Shown piece after piece: positions 1 to 9,896 of a DNA stretch of 64,000 bases (positions are counted from its first letter, which is position 1; each line of letters opens with the position of its first letter). The notes below the pieces were generated by a model. It did not search any database and was not told the origin of the DNA. It saw only the letters and a list, made by a program, of their open reading frames with translations. This DNA comes from Promethearchaeota archaeon (GTDB lineage Archaea > Asgardarchaeota > Lokiarchaeia > Sigyniarchaeales > SOKP01). The stretch covers positions 384,001-448,000 of the forward strand of contig JAHPZE010000001.1 of NCBI GenBank assembly GCA_019058365.1. The letters are read 5' to 3'. A program made the translations under genes and the position numbers.

Positions 1-506
1 TTTACTGCTACTCGTGCTAAATCTTCCTTTGTCCAACCATACTCATGAAAACTTCTTGTTGCAGCCATAGAAAACATCGCTGGTGCGGATGGTGTTGGAT
101 ATAATGGGTGTCCAAACTGCTTAAAACCTGGAAGTCCACTACCTCCCTCATCCATTAGTTTCTCTACTCCACACGCAAGTGCAACATCATATGCTCCAGA
201 AGCAATAGCAAATGATGCATTTCTAAACGCATCCATTCCGCTCGCGCAATAATTTTCAACTCGAGTAGACGGTTTTCCGTCTAATCTTAGAATATCTTCA
301 ACCATAGCACCGGAAAGACCAGTAAAGTAATAAAATATTCCGACCCAACTAGCATCAACCTCATCTTTTTTTATTCCAGCATCTTTAATTGCTCCTTGAA
401 AGGCTTCAAAAAGAAGATCATATTGATTTTTATCCCATAATTCTCCATATTTCGTCATATCGCAGCCAATAATAGCAACTTTATCCTTAATTCCTTTTCT
501 TCCCAT
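1..506 (-). CDS. Thiolase (acetyl-CoA acetyltransferase, archaeal/SCP-x type), 5' part; runs off the window
   Basis: Not in the ORF track. Hand translation from ATG at 506: MGRKGIKDKVAIIGCDMTKYGELW...TRVENYCASGMDAFRNASFAIASGAYDVALACGVEKL. Has the thiolase ENxCASG catalytic Cys motif and a GGAGGT RBS upstream. Confidence 0.9.
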   Translation of the reverse strand, partial: MGRKGIKDKVAIIGCDMTKYGELWDKNQYDLLFEAFQGAIKDAGIKKDEVDASWVGIFYYFTGLSGAMVEDILRLDGKPSTRVENYCASGMDAFRNASFAIASGAYDVALACGVEKLMDEGGSGLPGFKQFGHPLYPTPSAPAMFSMAATRSFHEYGWTKEDLARVAV

Positions 507-521
507 TTTTAATTACCTCCT

Positions 522-1961
522 TTATGGTCTCCCCCTTTCGGGACGACACTTCCAATAATAATTTTTAAATTCTGCACCTTCATGTTCTTTTCTAAAGGTT
601 AATTCAACTCTCATACCAATTTGAACATTCTCTTCAGGTTTCTCGATTTCAGTCATATTTAATAGAACCCTTCCGCCACCATCTAAATCAACTACACATC
701 GAGGCACTGGAGTATCAAGATAATTTCCTCCAACCAAATGATCTAAGGTATATGTAAAAATCGTACCTTTTAATCCAAGCTTCACCCGCTCAAGTTGGTC
801 ATCAGCTCGACAGATATAACAAGATCTAAGCATATCTGGATATTGAATTGCTCCACAACTTTTACATTTTACGCCATACCATTTATATACTGATGCTGTG
901 TCACGCCATATTAAAACAGCAGAACTTTTCCTGGTATATCTATCTTTTTCAAGAATTTCCTTAAAATCAAGAAATTTATCATAATTTTTTAATGATACCA
1001 TCGATTTTTGATGTCCTAAGACTCCCATTCGAGTTTTTCCAAGATCCCTTAGAGCATCTCTATTCTGAACTTGCAGTAATATCGCATCTGCTCCATCACC
1101 AAATCCTGCCATGATTATTTTTGCATCAGGTTTAGGTCTTCTTAAAGCACCGATAAATAATATAAATGGCATTGGAGTTCCTAAATCACCAAGTTGGAAA
1201 AACACACTGTTTTGAGCAACTCCTCCCGCAAATTTCATTATTTTTGAAACTCTGCCCTGCAATCGAGGATTATTATAATAATATGCTGCAGCACCGATCT
1301 CTTCTGGTTTCAAATTATTTCTCTTTAAAATTTCTGCCATTACTTTTGTGATACTCTCAAAGTAAAATTTTGTGTCCATTTTTACTTCATAAGTTCTTAT
1401 GAATTTATCCTTACCTGCTCTTTTCCAAGGTCCAGTAACATTTGCAGAAACTGAATAGTAGTCTTCTATAGATAACGGTAGATTATCCCCTTCAGCTATG
1501 AGTAAGGCAGCTGCACCATCAGCAAACCCATACTCCCACATTGTTGATGGTTCTGGAGCTCTAGTATCCGAGGCAACTACAAGAATGCTTTTAATATCTT
1601 TATTTGCTTTAATTGTATCAACTGCTCTTGACACTGCAGTTGTCCCTGCTTTTAAAGAATCTGTAAAATCTGCTGTTATTATATCTTCCCTCATATCTAA
1701 TATTGTCGCGATTAACGAAGCAGAATCTTTTTCTGTATATACTTGAGTTGTTGATGCAAAAAACAATCCATCAACTGCTTTAGGGTCAAAACCACTCAAA
1801 GCATCTAAACCAGCTTCAACAGCCATTGTAAGACTATCTTCATCAGCCATAGCTATAGATTTTGTTCCAGGAACGATTGGGAAATCCCACGCTTTTCCAA
1901 TAAGGTCTCGTGGCAATAAATACCTTGGCAAATAAGCTCCATACGATTTTATTCCTATCAA
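522..1961 (-). CDS. HMG-CoA-synthase-like domain (catalytic residues apparently lost) fused to a DUF35 Zn-ribbon/OB-fold domain
   Basis: N-term IGIKSYGAYLPR, DEDSLTMAVEA, GFADGAAA (HMGS fold). C-term CKSC..CYIC and GTIFTYT...VVDLDGGGRV...GMRVELTFRK (DUF35). Directly upstream of the thiolase. Confidence 0.85.
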   Translation of the reverse strand: MIGIKSYGAYLPRYLLPRDLIGKAWDFPIVPGTKSIAMADEDSLTMAVEAGLDALSGFDPKAVDGLFFASTTQVYTEKDSASLIATILDMREDIITADFTDSLKAGTTAVSRAVDTIKANKDIKSILVVASDTRAPEPSTMWEYGFADGAAALLIAEGDNLPLSIEDYYSVSANVTGPWKRAGKDKFIRTYEVKMDTKFYFESITKVMAEILKRNNLKPEEIGAAAYYYNNPRLQGRVSKIMKFAGGVAQNSVFFQLGDLGTPMPFILFIGALRRPKPDAKIIMAGFGDGADAILLQVQNRDALRDLGKTRMGVLGHQKSMVSLKNYDKFLDFKEILEKDRYTRKSSAVLIWRDTASVYKWYGVKCKSCGAIQYPDMLRSCYICRADDQLERVKLGLKGTIFTYTLDHLVGGNYLDTPVPRCVVDLDGGGRVLLNMTEIEKPEENVQIGMRVELTFRKEHEGAEFKNYYWKCRPERGRP

Positions 1962-2231
1962 TTTTTATTTTCTCCCCTTTATATTTTTTTAATACTCATT
2001 TTAAAATTATTATATATATGATTTTGAATGCATCACGATAAATATATTTCCTCAAATTTGATCGAAAAAAAGAAATGAAAAGTATGACTAATTCTCAAGA
2101 TTTTTACTTTTTTGTACCACTATTTTAACAACAAGCATTTTAAAATTATAATTTAATTCATCAAATATGTTTAAGAATTTCAAAAAAAGGGAAAAACAAA
2201 ACAAATATAAAAAAAAATTGATTTTAGAAAT

Positions 2232-5200
2232 TTACTTTTTAAATTTCTTTTTAATTAGCACTAGAGTTGTAAGAGAGACTAATCCTACTAAAATAAATGG
2301 ATTATAACCTGGGATTCCACCTGATTCAGAAGGAGATAAAATTTCAAAATAGTCGCTATAATCATAAACATTAGGATGTAATATGTCTATAATTTTTATT
2401 CGATATTGATCTGAAGCATTTAGTTCTATTGGAAGTGACCAAGAAAATAAACCATCATTAGTTTCACTTGCACTTATTTCCATTATAAATTGGTTCCCAT
2501 CATATAGCTCTAATTTCACATTCGGAATTGTTCCTATTGAAGTCCAGTTTACATCATAAGATAATCCTATTATCCACTGACTAGCGCTTTCTGGTGCAGT
2601 AACTGTAATTGAAGGAGTGAAGATTTCAAAATATTCACTTGTATCAACATTATCGAAATAATCCATATCAATCAGTTTTATTTGATATTGGGTAGAATCT
2701 GTTAATCCTTCGGGAATTACCCATAGGAAATCACCATCATTAGGGGTACTACCAATAATTTCAGATACAAATACTCCACCTCGATAGAGTTCAATTTTAA
2801 CATTCTTAATATTTGGTGTCGGATCCCATGTTATGTGATAGGAACCATAAACCTCCCATGTGGAAGCTGTATCAGGTGTGATAATATGATTTGTGTAATC
2901 ATAACTAGTCGGACTATACATCACTAAGTTTTCAAGTAATTTTGTATAATTGAAATTTGCATTCCATTCAAGAGTCTGAGTATACATTACTATATACCCA
3001 CTTCCATATTCTAATTCAAGTAACACAGGATTAGAGCTCGCAACATCAAGTAGAATCTCTTTTGCTTGAGCAGGATAGGAATGAAAATATCCATGTGCAG
3101 ACCACCCCCAATCATCGAGCCCATCATCTTCGACTAAGTAAGGATTGAGTAACACAGGATGATAGGGTATATTAATTGAAACATTGTTAAGATAGGATTG
3201 TGTCTTATTAATACCTCCAGGTAATAAATAGGAATCATCCCATACTCCACCACCCCATCCGCTATCACAAGCAGAGAATTGTAAAATTCCACCATTAAAC
3301 GCATAATCTTCAAACCAAGTAACATTTCCAGCAAGTCTATCGTAGAATGCTTGGGTTTGGTCGGAAGAAATTATCACTTTATCATAAGGTGAGAGATCTA
3401 CTGAACCAAAATCTAAAGAGTCATACATATCATATGTGATATTATATTTGACTAATATAGGTTCTGTATCATTATTATTCCATGGATATCTATCTTGAAA
3501 CATTGCAACGGGACCTAAAATTGGGATGTATTTTGAATCAAGATAGATGTATAAGTAATCATCATCCCCATTCCAGTTAATAAAATCATTGTATGATTTT
3601 TCATAGAATCCAGGATAAGTAACATTTACAGTCCACCATCCAATATATAAACCTGTTACATTATAGAACCCAGAGCTATCTGTAAAGCCTTCATTGAATA
3701 ATTCTCCATTTGACATGTTATAACATCTTACATATGCATTTTCAATAGGATTAGTTGTGACACTATCACGTACCCTCACTTCAATATAGCCACTATCGGG
3801 GGGCAAAGGATCCATTCCAAAGTAAAGATAATCGTCATCCCCATTATAATTAATAAATTCCGAGAGCACCTTATCATAGTATCCTACTTTTGATACATAA
3901 ACATCATACCATCCTACATCCAATCCTGTTATATTATAAAACCCACTGCTATCTGTAGATCCAGAAGCTACTATATCATTAGTTGCATTTCTACATGTTA
4001 CGAGAGCAGATTGAATTGGGTTTGTGGTTATACTATCTTCAACCGTTACTTCAATATAACCTGTGGGAGGTGGGATAGGAGGATCGTTCACAGTTATTTG
4101 CGTTGAAATATATGCTATATTATCACTCTCATCAAATTCATCGATATAATCATATCTGTCGATAATCCATCCGACATAATAATTCCCAGCAGGAATGCTA
4201 GATGGAAAAGTGCCAGACCATAATGAATCTCCATAACTAAAAGGAGAAATTGATGACACATAATCAACACCTATTAAATAGTCAGCTGTGGATATAACAG
4301 TATTAGTAGAAGCATAATAATAAACATAGAAGCCTCCCGTATAGGCGGTTCCTACATTTCTTACATCACTCCATACACTAAAACTGGTTTGTCCTCTGGT
4401 TACTGTTCCTGTATTATAACCTGAATAAGTTGAGCCTCTATCTTTCATATCGGGTTTATCGGTAGGTGATGTATCTGCTGCTAACCAGTCAAAAATCCTA
4501 TTGTATTTATCAGTATTAAATCTCGTACCGTAATTCGAGAGTGTACCGCCCCTACCATAGGCATGAATTGTAAGTACATAACGATTCCCCCCAGTATATT
4601 TCCAAATTGGCATTCCACTCTGTCCTCCAGCCGTATCTATCCAGTAATAATGATTATACTCTGTTGCACCATCTCCATAGTCAAAATCAAAATACATGTC
4701 CTCACCACCTGCTAAATCAGCGGGATAACCAGCACTATTTACTCCATCAGTATAAAGAGTATCAGATGAAGCCGCTGTCATCCGTCCCATCCATCCAGTA
4801 TAAGATCCAACATTTCGATCAAGAGTTAGCATAGCCCAATCATGTTCTGGCATCTGTGATGAGGTCCATCCTGAATAAGAACGCATATATGTCATATATG
4901 CATGTCCAAATGGATCCCAACTACCATCTTTGCCAGGAACTACTTCAATTTCAGTTGCCCATCCACCATGACCATGAATATAGGCACAATGACCCGCTGT
5001 TAAAACATGAAAACCATCAACAATAAAGCCGGATCCAATCCAATGAGAAGCATCAGGGGCAGTAATGTATAATTTGCAAATCGTATTCCATGGGAAAGAT
5101 TCTGTATTAGAAATATAGGTACGATCATCAGGAAGTATAACATCCTCTGGTGTAGGGTAGTTTAAAAGACCTCTATATTCCTCTACGATTGAAGGATAGT

Positions 5201-5576
5201 CATTTAGTGAATTTTCAAGGGATTCAATATTTTCTACTCCAGTTTGTAGATCATAACCAACAGTTTCAAGATTATTTACCCCCGTTTCAGTATTTTGTGC
5301 TGAAAATTCTAATGCTTGTTCAATAGGTAACCATTCAAAATCATCTCTATTTTTTATAGGTTCTATTACTTCTTCCTCGAAATCTACATTACTATTCATA
5401 ATAGATAAATCCGGAGCAGTCTTAATTTGAGGTGTTTTAGTAGGTATACCATAACTATTGCTGAAAGATACCATTGAAAAGGAGAAAGATAAGATTAGTC
5501 CTAAAATTCCGAAAAAAATTACTTTATTTTTATGTAATTTCATTGTTCGTCTCCAAATTTTTATTCTTTTTACCAT
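2232..5576 (-). CDS. Membrane-anchored trypsin-like (V8/glutamyl endopeptidase-type) serine protease, multidomain surface protein
   Basis: Signal peptide; catalytic triad motifs LTAGHC, HDWAML and GQSGMP; CARDB-like domain; two ~90-aa GYIEVxV repeats; Ser/Thr-rich Ig-like repeats; C-terminal IPGY + TM + KKKFKK sorting signal. Confidence 0.85.
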   Translation of the reverse strand: MVKRIKIWRRTMKLHKNKVIFFGILGLILSFSFSMVSFSNSYGIPTKTPQIKTAPDLSIMNSNVDFEEEVIEPIKNRDDFEWLPIEQALEFSAQNTETGVNNLETVGYDLQTGVENIESLENSLNDYPSIVEEYRGLLNYPTPEDVILPDDRTYISNTESFPWNTICKLYITAPDASHWIGSGFIVDGFHVLTAGHCAYIHGHGGWATEIEVVPGKDGSWDPFGHAYMTYMRSYSGWTSSQMPEHDWAMLTLDRNVGSYTGWMGRMTAASSDTLYTDGVNSAGYPADLAGGEDMYFDFDYGDGATEYNHYYWIDTAGGQSGMPIWKYTGGNRYVLTIHAYGRGGTLSNYGTRFNTDKYNRIFDWLAADTSPTDKPDMKDRGSTYSGYNTGTVTRGQTSFSVWSDVRNVGTAYTGGFYVYYYASTNTVISTADYLIGVDYVSSISPFSYGDSLWSGTFPSSIPAGNYYVGWIIDRYDYIDEFDESDNIAYISTQITVNDPPIPPPTGYIEVTVEDSITTNPIQSALVTCRNATNDIVASGSTDSSGFYNITGLDVGWYDVYVSKVGYYDKVLSEFINYNGDDDYLYFGMDPLPPDSGYIEVRVRDSVTTNPIENAYVRCYNMSNGELFNEGFTDSSGFYNVTGLYIGWWTVNVTYPGFYEKSYNDFINWNGDDDYLYIYLDSKYIPILGPVAMFQDRYPWNNNDTEPILVKYNITYDMYDSLDFGSVDLSPYDKVIISSDQTQAFYDRLAGNVTWFEDYAFNGGILQFSACDSGWGGGVWDDSYLLPGGINKTQSYLNNVSINIPYHPVLLNPYLVEDDGLDDWGWSAHGYFHSYPAQAKEILLDVASSNPVLLELEYGSGYIVMYTQTLEWNANFNYTKLLENLVMYSPTSYDYTNHIITPDTASTWEVYGSYHITWDPTPNIKNVKIELYRGGVFVSEIIGSTPNDGDFLWVIPEGLTDSTQYQIKLIDMDYFDNVDTSEYFEIFTPSITVTAPESASQWIIGLSYDVNWTSIGTIPNVKLELYDGNQFIMEISASETNDGLFSWSLPIELNASDQYRIKIIDILHPNVYDYSDYFEILSPSESGGIPGYNPFILVGLVSLTTLVLIKKKFKK

Positions 5577-5816
5577 TTTTATTTAAATTTAACGTTCAAA
5601 AATAAACGTTAAACTTAATAATACAATTCGCAAATATAAATATTTGTTAATTGCTTCCAATTTTGTACTACGAATTTTAATAGCACTTAATTTTTTGCTT
5701 GATTCTACGTTAAGAGTTTAGAAATTAAAATAAATCAAATTCATATTCTTTTATAAATTTTAAAATTTAAAGAAAAGTAATAAAGTAATTCTAAAAATAT
5801 AAAAAATTAAAGAATA

Positions 5817-6176
5817 ATGGCACTTATATTTTATGATAAAATTGGAACTCCAATGGCTTATACTGATGATAATATACATATTTTTTATTTTACTGGTGAA
5901 ACAATTGCATATATCCATGGAATATCAATATATAATTATGAAGGAAAGCACTTAGGATTTTTTAAAGATGGATGGATTAGAGATAATAATGGAAAGTGTG
6001 TCATCTTCACAAAAGGTGCCATAGATGGTCCAAAGAAAAGAACGCAAGACATTGCCCCCGTTAAAAGCCAAAAATTGAATATTCCAAATAAAAAACCTAA
6101 AGAAAATAAAAATAAGGAGTTCCTAGTTAAGCAAGAATGGTCTGAGTTAGCAGTAAAAGAGTTTTTCGATCAATAA
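5817..6176 (+). CDS. Small protein, 4-fold beta-flower-like repeat family
   Basis: Four short beta repeats (FYDKIG / FYFTG / YNYEG / RDNNG) followed by a Pro/Lys-rich tail. Confidence 0.6.
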   Translation: MALIFYDKIGTPMAYTDDNIHIFYFTGETIAYIHGISIYNYEGKHLGFFKDGWIRDNNGKCVIFTKGAIDGPKKRTQDIAPVKSQKLNIPNKKPKENKNKEFLVKQEWSELAVKEFFDQ

Positions 6177-6375
6177 CCTTATTGAATAATATTTAATTTT
6201 GATCTATAATGAAAGAAATATTGTTAATATCCCAATGATCAAATAGAATAGAGAATGGAGTCTTTAGCGAGATTTTATAAAAAGAAATATAAAAAATCAG
6301 ATTTAAAAATAGTTTTTGAGCCCAAGCATTTGCGGTTTTTACAGGTTAGATTTGAGCAAATTACTCTCTAAAAAA

Positions 6376-6864
6376 TTAAAATCTTTTTTCAAGGACAGTT
6401 ATAATTGGTTGAAAACCTACTTTAGCAAAGACATTTATTAATTTATTATCTGCTTCATAAGGCAGATTAATTCTTACTGATTCACAACCCCATGATTGAA
6501 GAATTTGTATAGCCTTATCTGCTAAAAGTTTTCCTACATGTTTACCAATAAAGCCTTTTTTTGTAGCCCAATTATCTAAATATCCAATATATTGTCCTAA
6601 TGTATTTTTTACAGCTTCGATCATTCCCATACTTACAACCTCACCTGTAGGTTTGAACTCAGCAATTAAGGTTATTCTTTTAAGATTAGGTTTAAATTGT
6701 CTTAATCCGGATGATTCTCTCCATTGTTCTTCTCTTAAACCAATATCATATAATTTATGGAGTTCTTTTAATATTTCTAAAGTTGCTTGATAATCTGAAG
6801 TTCTATAATTTCTGATAATAATGTCTTCTTCACTAATTTTATCTTTTAACATTTTAGATTCCAT
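6376..6864 (-). CDS. GNAT family acetyltransferase
   Basis: IIIRNY N-term; KGFIGKHVGKLL acetyl-CoA loop; VFAKVGF C-term motif. Confidence 0.75.
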   Translation of the reverse strand: MESKMLKDKISEEDIIIRNYRTSDYQATLEILKELHKLYDIGLREEQWRESSGLRQFKPNLKRITLIAEFKPTGEVVSMGMIEAVKNTLGQYIGYLDNWATKKGFIGKHVGKLLADKAIQILQSWGCESVRINLPYEADNKLINVFAKVGFQPIITVLEKRF

Positions 6865-6866
6865 CT

Positions 6867-7916
6867 TTAACTTGTAATTTTATTAATTAATTTTAAATCA
6901 ATTCTTTGGGATAATTTATTTTCAATATTTCCTCTTCCATCTCCCTTCTTTATGGAAAATAAATATTCATCGATATGAGGAACTATAGGTGACACAAACA
7001 AGAGTTCTTCTTGAGGAAACCAAAATTCAACCTCTTGATTCATTACTTCTTTTTCAAAATATTCTTTAACATGAGTTATAGTTATAAATAAATTCTTTAG
7101 CTCTTCATCCGAATTATTTTGAACTGTAATTTCTATTTCTTGGCTATTTTCAATAAAATTAATGCTAGCTATAGAAAATAGAGATTTTGTTCTAATATCC
7201 TCATTCTTTTGTTTTTTAGAATCAAAAAGGTCTACGTCGGCAAAATTTCCCTCTCCTCTCAAATTACTAAGGGGAGAAAACTCAAATCCTTTTAAAGAGA
7301 AATAAGATATTGCTTTTTGAGCTTTAAGAGATGGTGATTCGGATCTTTTTTCAATCACTCTGGAAAAATAATCTCTAATTTCCTTATCGATTAATTCTCT
7401 CATAAAAACTTTAATTTTATTTCCTTTAGATATACGTTCCTGAATTTTTGGTGTCTTTATCACAGCATCAGTAGCAATTCCACACTCTATGACTTCAGCT
7501 AACTGATCTTCAAACTGATCTCTTAATTTTTCTGTTAATTCTTTTATTAGCTCATCACCAAAAATTTCTAACTCTACAGGCAGAGAAACTATTATAACTA
7601 TAGTTTCTGGAGTTTCTTCTTCAAGTCCAGCTCTTCTTTTTGGTCGTTGTGATTTTGCCTTGAATTTCTTACCAAAGAATGCGTAACCCTTATATTCTAA
7701 ATCAATATGGTCGAGTTCTTCAGTTTCTAAGAACCAAACTGGATGAAAATTTATTGGTCGCATGTATCTCTTATCTTTTCTGAATCTATCATCAGGATAC
7801 ATCAATAGAGGGACTTGTCCCTTTTTTTCATCAAAATATAGGACATATACTACACATAAATCTTCATGAGGATTTTTTTCCACTGTCCCATTAAAAATAT
7901 CCGACACTCCAACCAA
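6867..7916 (-). CDS. Hypothetical protein with N-terminal longin/uDENN-like region
   Basis: VYVLYFDEKKGQVPLLMYP resembles the uDENN 'FDxxxG...YP' start; C-terminal beta-sandwich-like part. Confidence 0.5.
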   Translation of the reverse strand: MVGVSDIFNGTVEKNPHEDLCVVYVLYFDEKKGQVPLLMYPDDRFRKDKRYMRPINFHPVWFLETEELDHIDLEYKGYAFFGKKFKAKSQRPKRRAGLEEETPETIVIIVSLPVELEIFGDELIKELTEKLRDQFEDQLAEVIECGIATDAVIKTPKIQERISKGNKIKVFMRELIDKEIRDYFSRVIEKRSESPSLKAQKAISYFSLKGFEFSPLSNLRGEGNFADVDLFDSKKQKNEDIRTKSLFSIASINFIENSQEIEITVQNNSDEELKNLFITITHVKEYFEKEVMNQEVEFWFPQEELLFVSPIVPHIDEYLFSIKKGDGRGNIENKLSQRIDLKLINKITS

Positions 7917-8040
7917 ACCAAGAATTGTTCTAAAGAATATAATTATTCTTTTTTCAAGAGAAAAAAATTCATCTTATTCTAAAAATTTATCTATAAAAAA
8001 ATGTAAACTATTATTAATTTACTTTAGGGTACATTAAAAA

Positions 8041-9123
8041 ATGAAAATTATAGATGTTCAAACTTATGTATTAGCACTTGATTTTAGATTTAAAATCGGG
8101 GCAATGCCTCCAATACAAGCCAGTGGAGTTTTAATTAACATAAAGACGGATGAGGATATTGATGGGTGGGGATTAGCGCATTTTAATTTGAGTAATAATG
8201 CGCAAAAAGTGTTTATTGATGAAGCATTATCACGAATTTTAATTAATAAAGATCCTTTTATGGTCGAGGAAATTTACCATGAAATTTACCATAGTAGTAA
8301 TAGAATTACTTATGGTATACCTCATGCTACTTCTGGCATACAAGTTGCACTTTGGGACATAATAGGAAAAAAAACTAAACAACCGATTTATCGTTTACTG
8401 GGGGGAATGAAAAAAAAGGTGAGAGCTTATGCTTCAATGCCTAGAGGTTTTAAACCAAAAGCTGCTGTAGGTGCCGTTCAGTCTGCTATTGATCTTGGCG
8501 GTTTTACAGGAGTAAAGTTACGTGTAGGGGGTAGAGGTGGAGAGCCCGGAGCAATAGTGAAAGAAGTAAGAGACGCCTTTCCTAATTTACATATTATGAT
8601 TGATGCTAATTCATACTATTTAACCGTTTCCGAAGCTTTAAAATTTGCTAAAATATGTGGAAAGAATGAAATTGAATGGTTAGAAGAACCAATGCCTTCA
8701 GATAATCTTAATGGTTTAACAAAGTTAAGAAGAGAATCACCAGTAGATATTGCTGGAGGGGAAAATGATCTTGGAATATTTCGTTTTGAAGATATTTTAT
8801 CAAAAGAGTGCTATGATATCGTGCAACCAGACGTGACACGTTGTGGTGGATTTTTACAGGTTAAGAAAATTGATGCAATGGCTGAAGTAAAAGGAGTGCG
8901 CTGTATACCTCATATTTTTGGATTCGGATTATCTCTTGTTGCTAATCTTCATTTAATACTTTCCACGAGATGTGACTGGTTGGAATTTCCGTTTTACCCC
9001 GAAGAATTCCAGATTCTTGAAGAACCAATAAAGGTTGAGAAAGGTTATGTGTATGCTATAGAAAAACCAGGATTAGGTGTAGAGATCAACAAGAAATCAT
9101 TTGAAGAAAATGTAATTAAATAA
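8041..9123 (+). CDS. Mandelate racemase/muconate lactonizing enzyme (enolase superfamily)
   Basis: SGIQVALWDIIGK..PIYRLLGG; metal ligands IMIDAN, WLEEP, GGEN; IVQPD; KPGLG. Confidence 0.9.
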   Translation: MKIIDVQTYVLALDFRFKIGAMPPIQASGVLINIKTDEDIDGWGLAHFNLSNNAQKVFIDEALSRILINKDPFMVEEIYHEIYHSSNRITYGIPHATSGIQVALWDIIGKKTKQPIYRLLGGMKKKVRAYASMPRGFKPKAAVGAVQSAIDLGGFTGVKLRVGGRGGEPGAIVKEVRDAFPNLHIMIDANSYYLTVSEALKFAKICGKNEIEWLEEPMPSDNLNGLTKLRRESPVDIAGGENDLGIFRFEDILSKECYDIVQPDVTRCGGFLQVKKIDAMAEVKGVRCIPHIFGFGLSLVANLHLILSTRCDWLEFPFYPEEFQILEEPIKVEKGYVYAIEKPGLGVEINKKSFEENVIK

Positions 9124-9130
9124 ATAATTC

Positions 9131-9826
9131 ATGATAAATATGGTATCTTTTGAAGAAATAAAGTCTACTTTAAATAGTGACGAGAAAATTTTTTGGAAAA
9201 AACAACACTATACAAATGAATTAAAAGAATTAAGATTCACTTTAAATATTTTAATTTTTACTGTAGGAATTTCAATTTTTAGCTTATTATTTTATTTTTT
9301 AACTTCAACAATAAAGTTTGATGTTTTGCTAAGTCTTTTCATTTCATTAACAATTTTACTCATTTCTGGTTTTCCTTTATATCTCTTTTTTAGGATTTAT
9401 AGTGAATATAAGAAAATTATAAAAAGATTAGAGTTAAAACTCATTAATTTGCGAAGGTATGAAGAATTCTTTATATTAACTAATAAGAGATGGATTCAAA
9501 AATCTTTTTATTTGGCAAAAATAGATGATTTTAATTATGAGAGTGATCTGATGGTAAAAAGAAAAGATATGGCTTTTGCAAACCTAGATAATATAGAAGT
9601 AATCTACATTTCACCCCAAAAGAAGACAGAAATATTTCAAGTGAATTTTTTTAGAGTATGGGATAAAATTTTAGAAGAATCAATTCTTCACGTTTTTTTA
9701 GAGAAGAATGATTTCCAAACATTAATGGAAACTTTTCAAGAATTATTTCATATATCAAAAGAAGAGCATGACGTTATTAAAAATGGAGATTCTGCTTTTT
9801 ATTGCAAAAAGAAAATAGAGTGTTAA
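9131..9826 (+). CDS. Hypothetical membrane protein (2 TM plus possible PH-like domain)
   Basis: 231-aa ORF, two hydrophobic helices, YEEFFILTNKRWI motif; 7 bp downstream of the preceding gene. Confidence 0.55.
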   Translation: MINMVSFEEIKSTLNSDEKIFWKKQHYTNELKELRFTLNILIFTVGISIFSLLFYFLTSTIKFDVLLSLFISLTILLISGFPLYLFFRIYSEYKKIIKRLELKLINLRRYEEFFILTNKRWIQKSFYLAKIDDFNYESDLMVKRKDMAFANLDNIEVIYISPQKKTEIFQVNFFRVWDKILEESILHVFLEKNDFQTLMETFQELFHISKEEHDVIKNGDSAFYCKKKIEC

Positions 9827-9896
9827 ACATTTAGATAATGTTATTCTAAGATATAGATTTTAATAAAATAAAAAAAAAAGGATTATATTAACTTTA

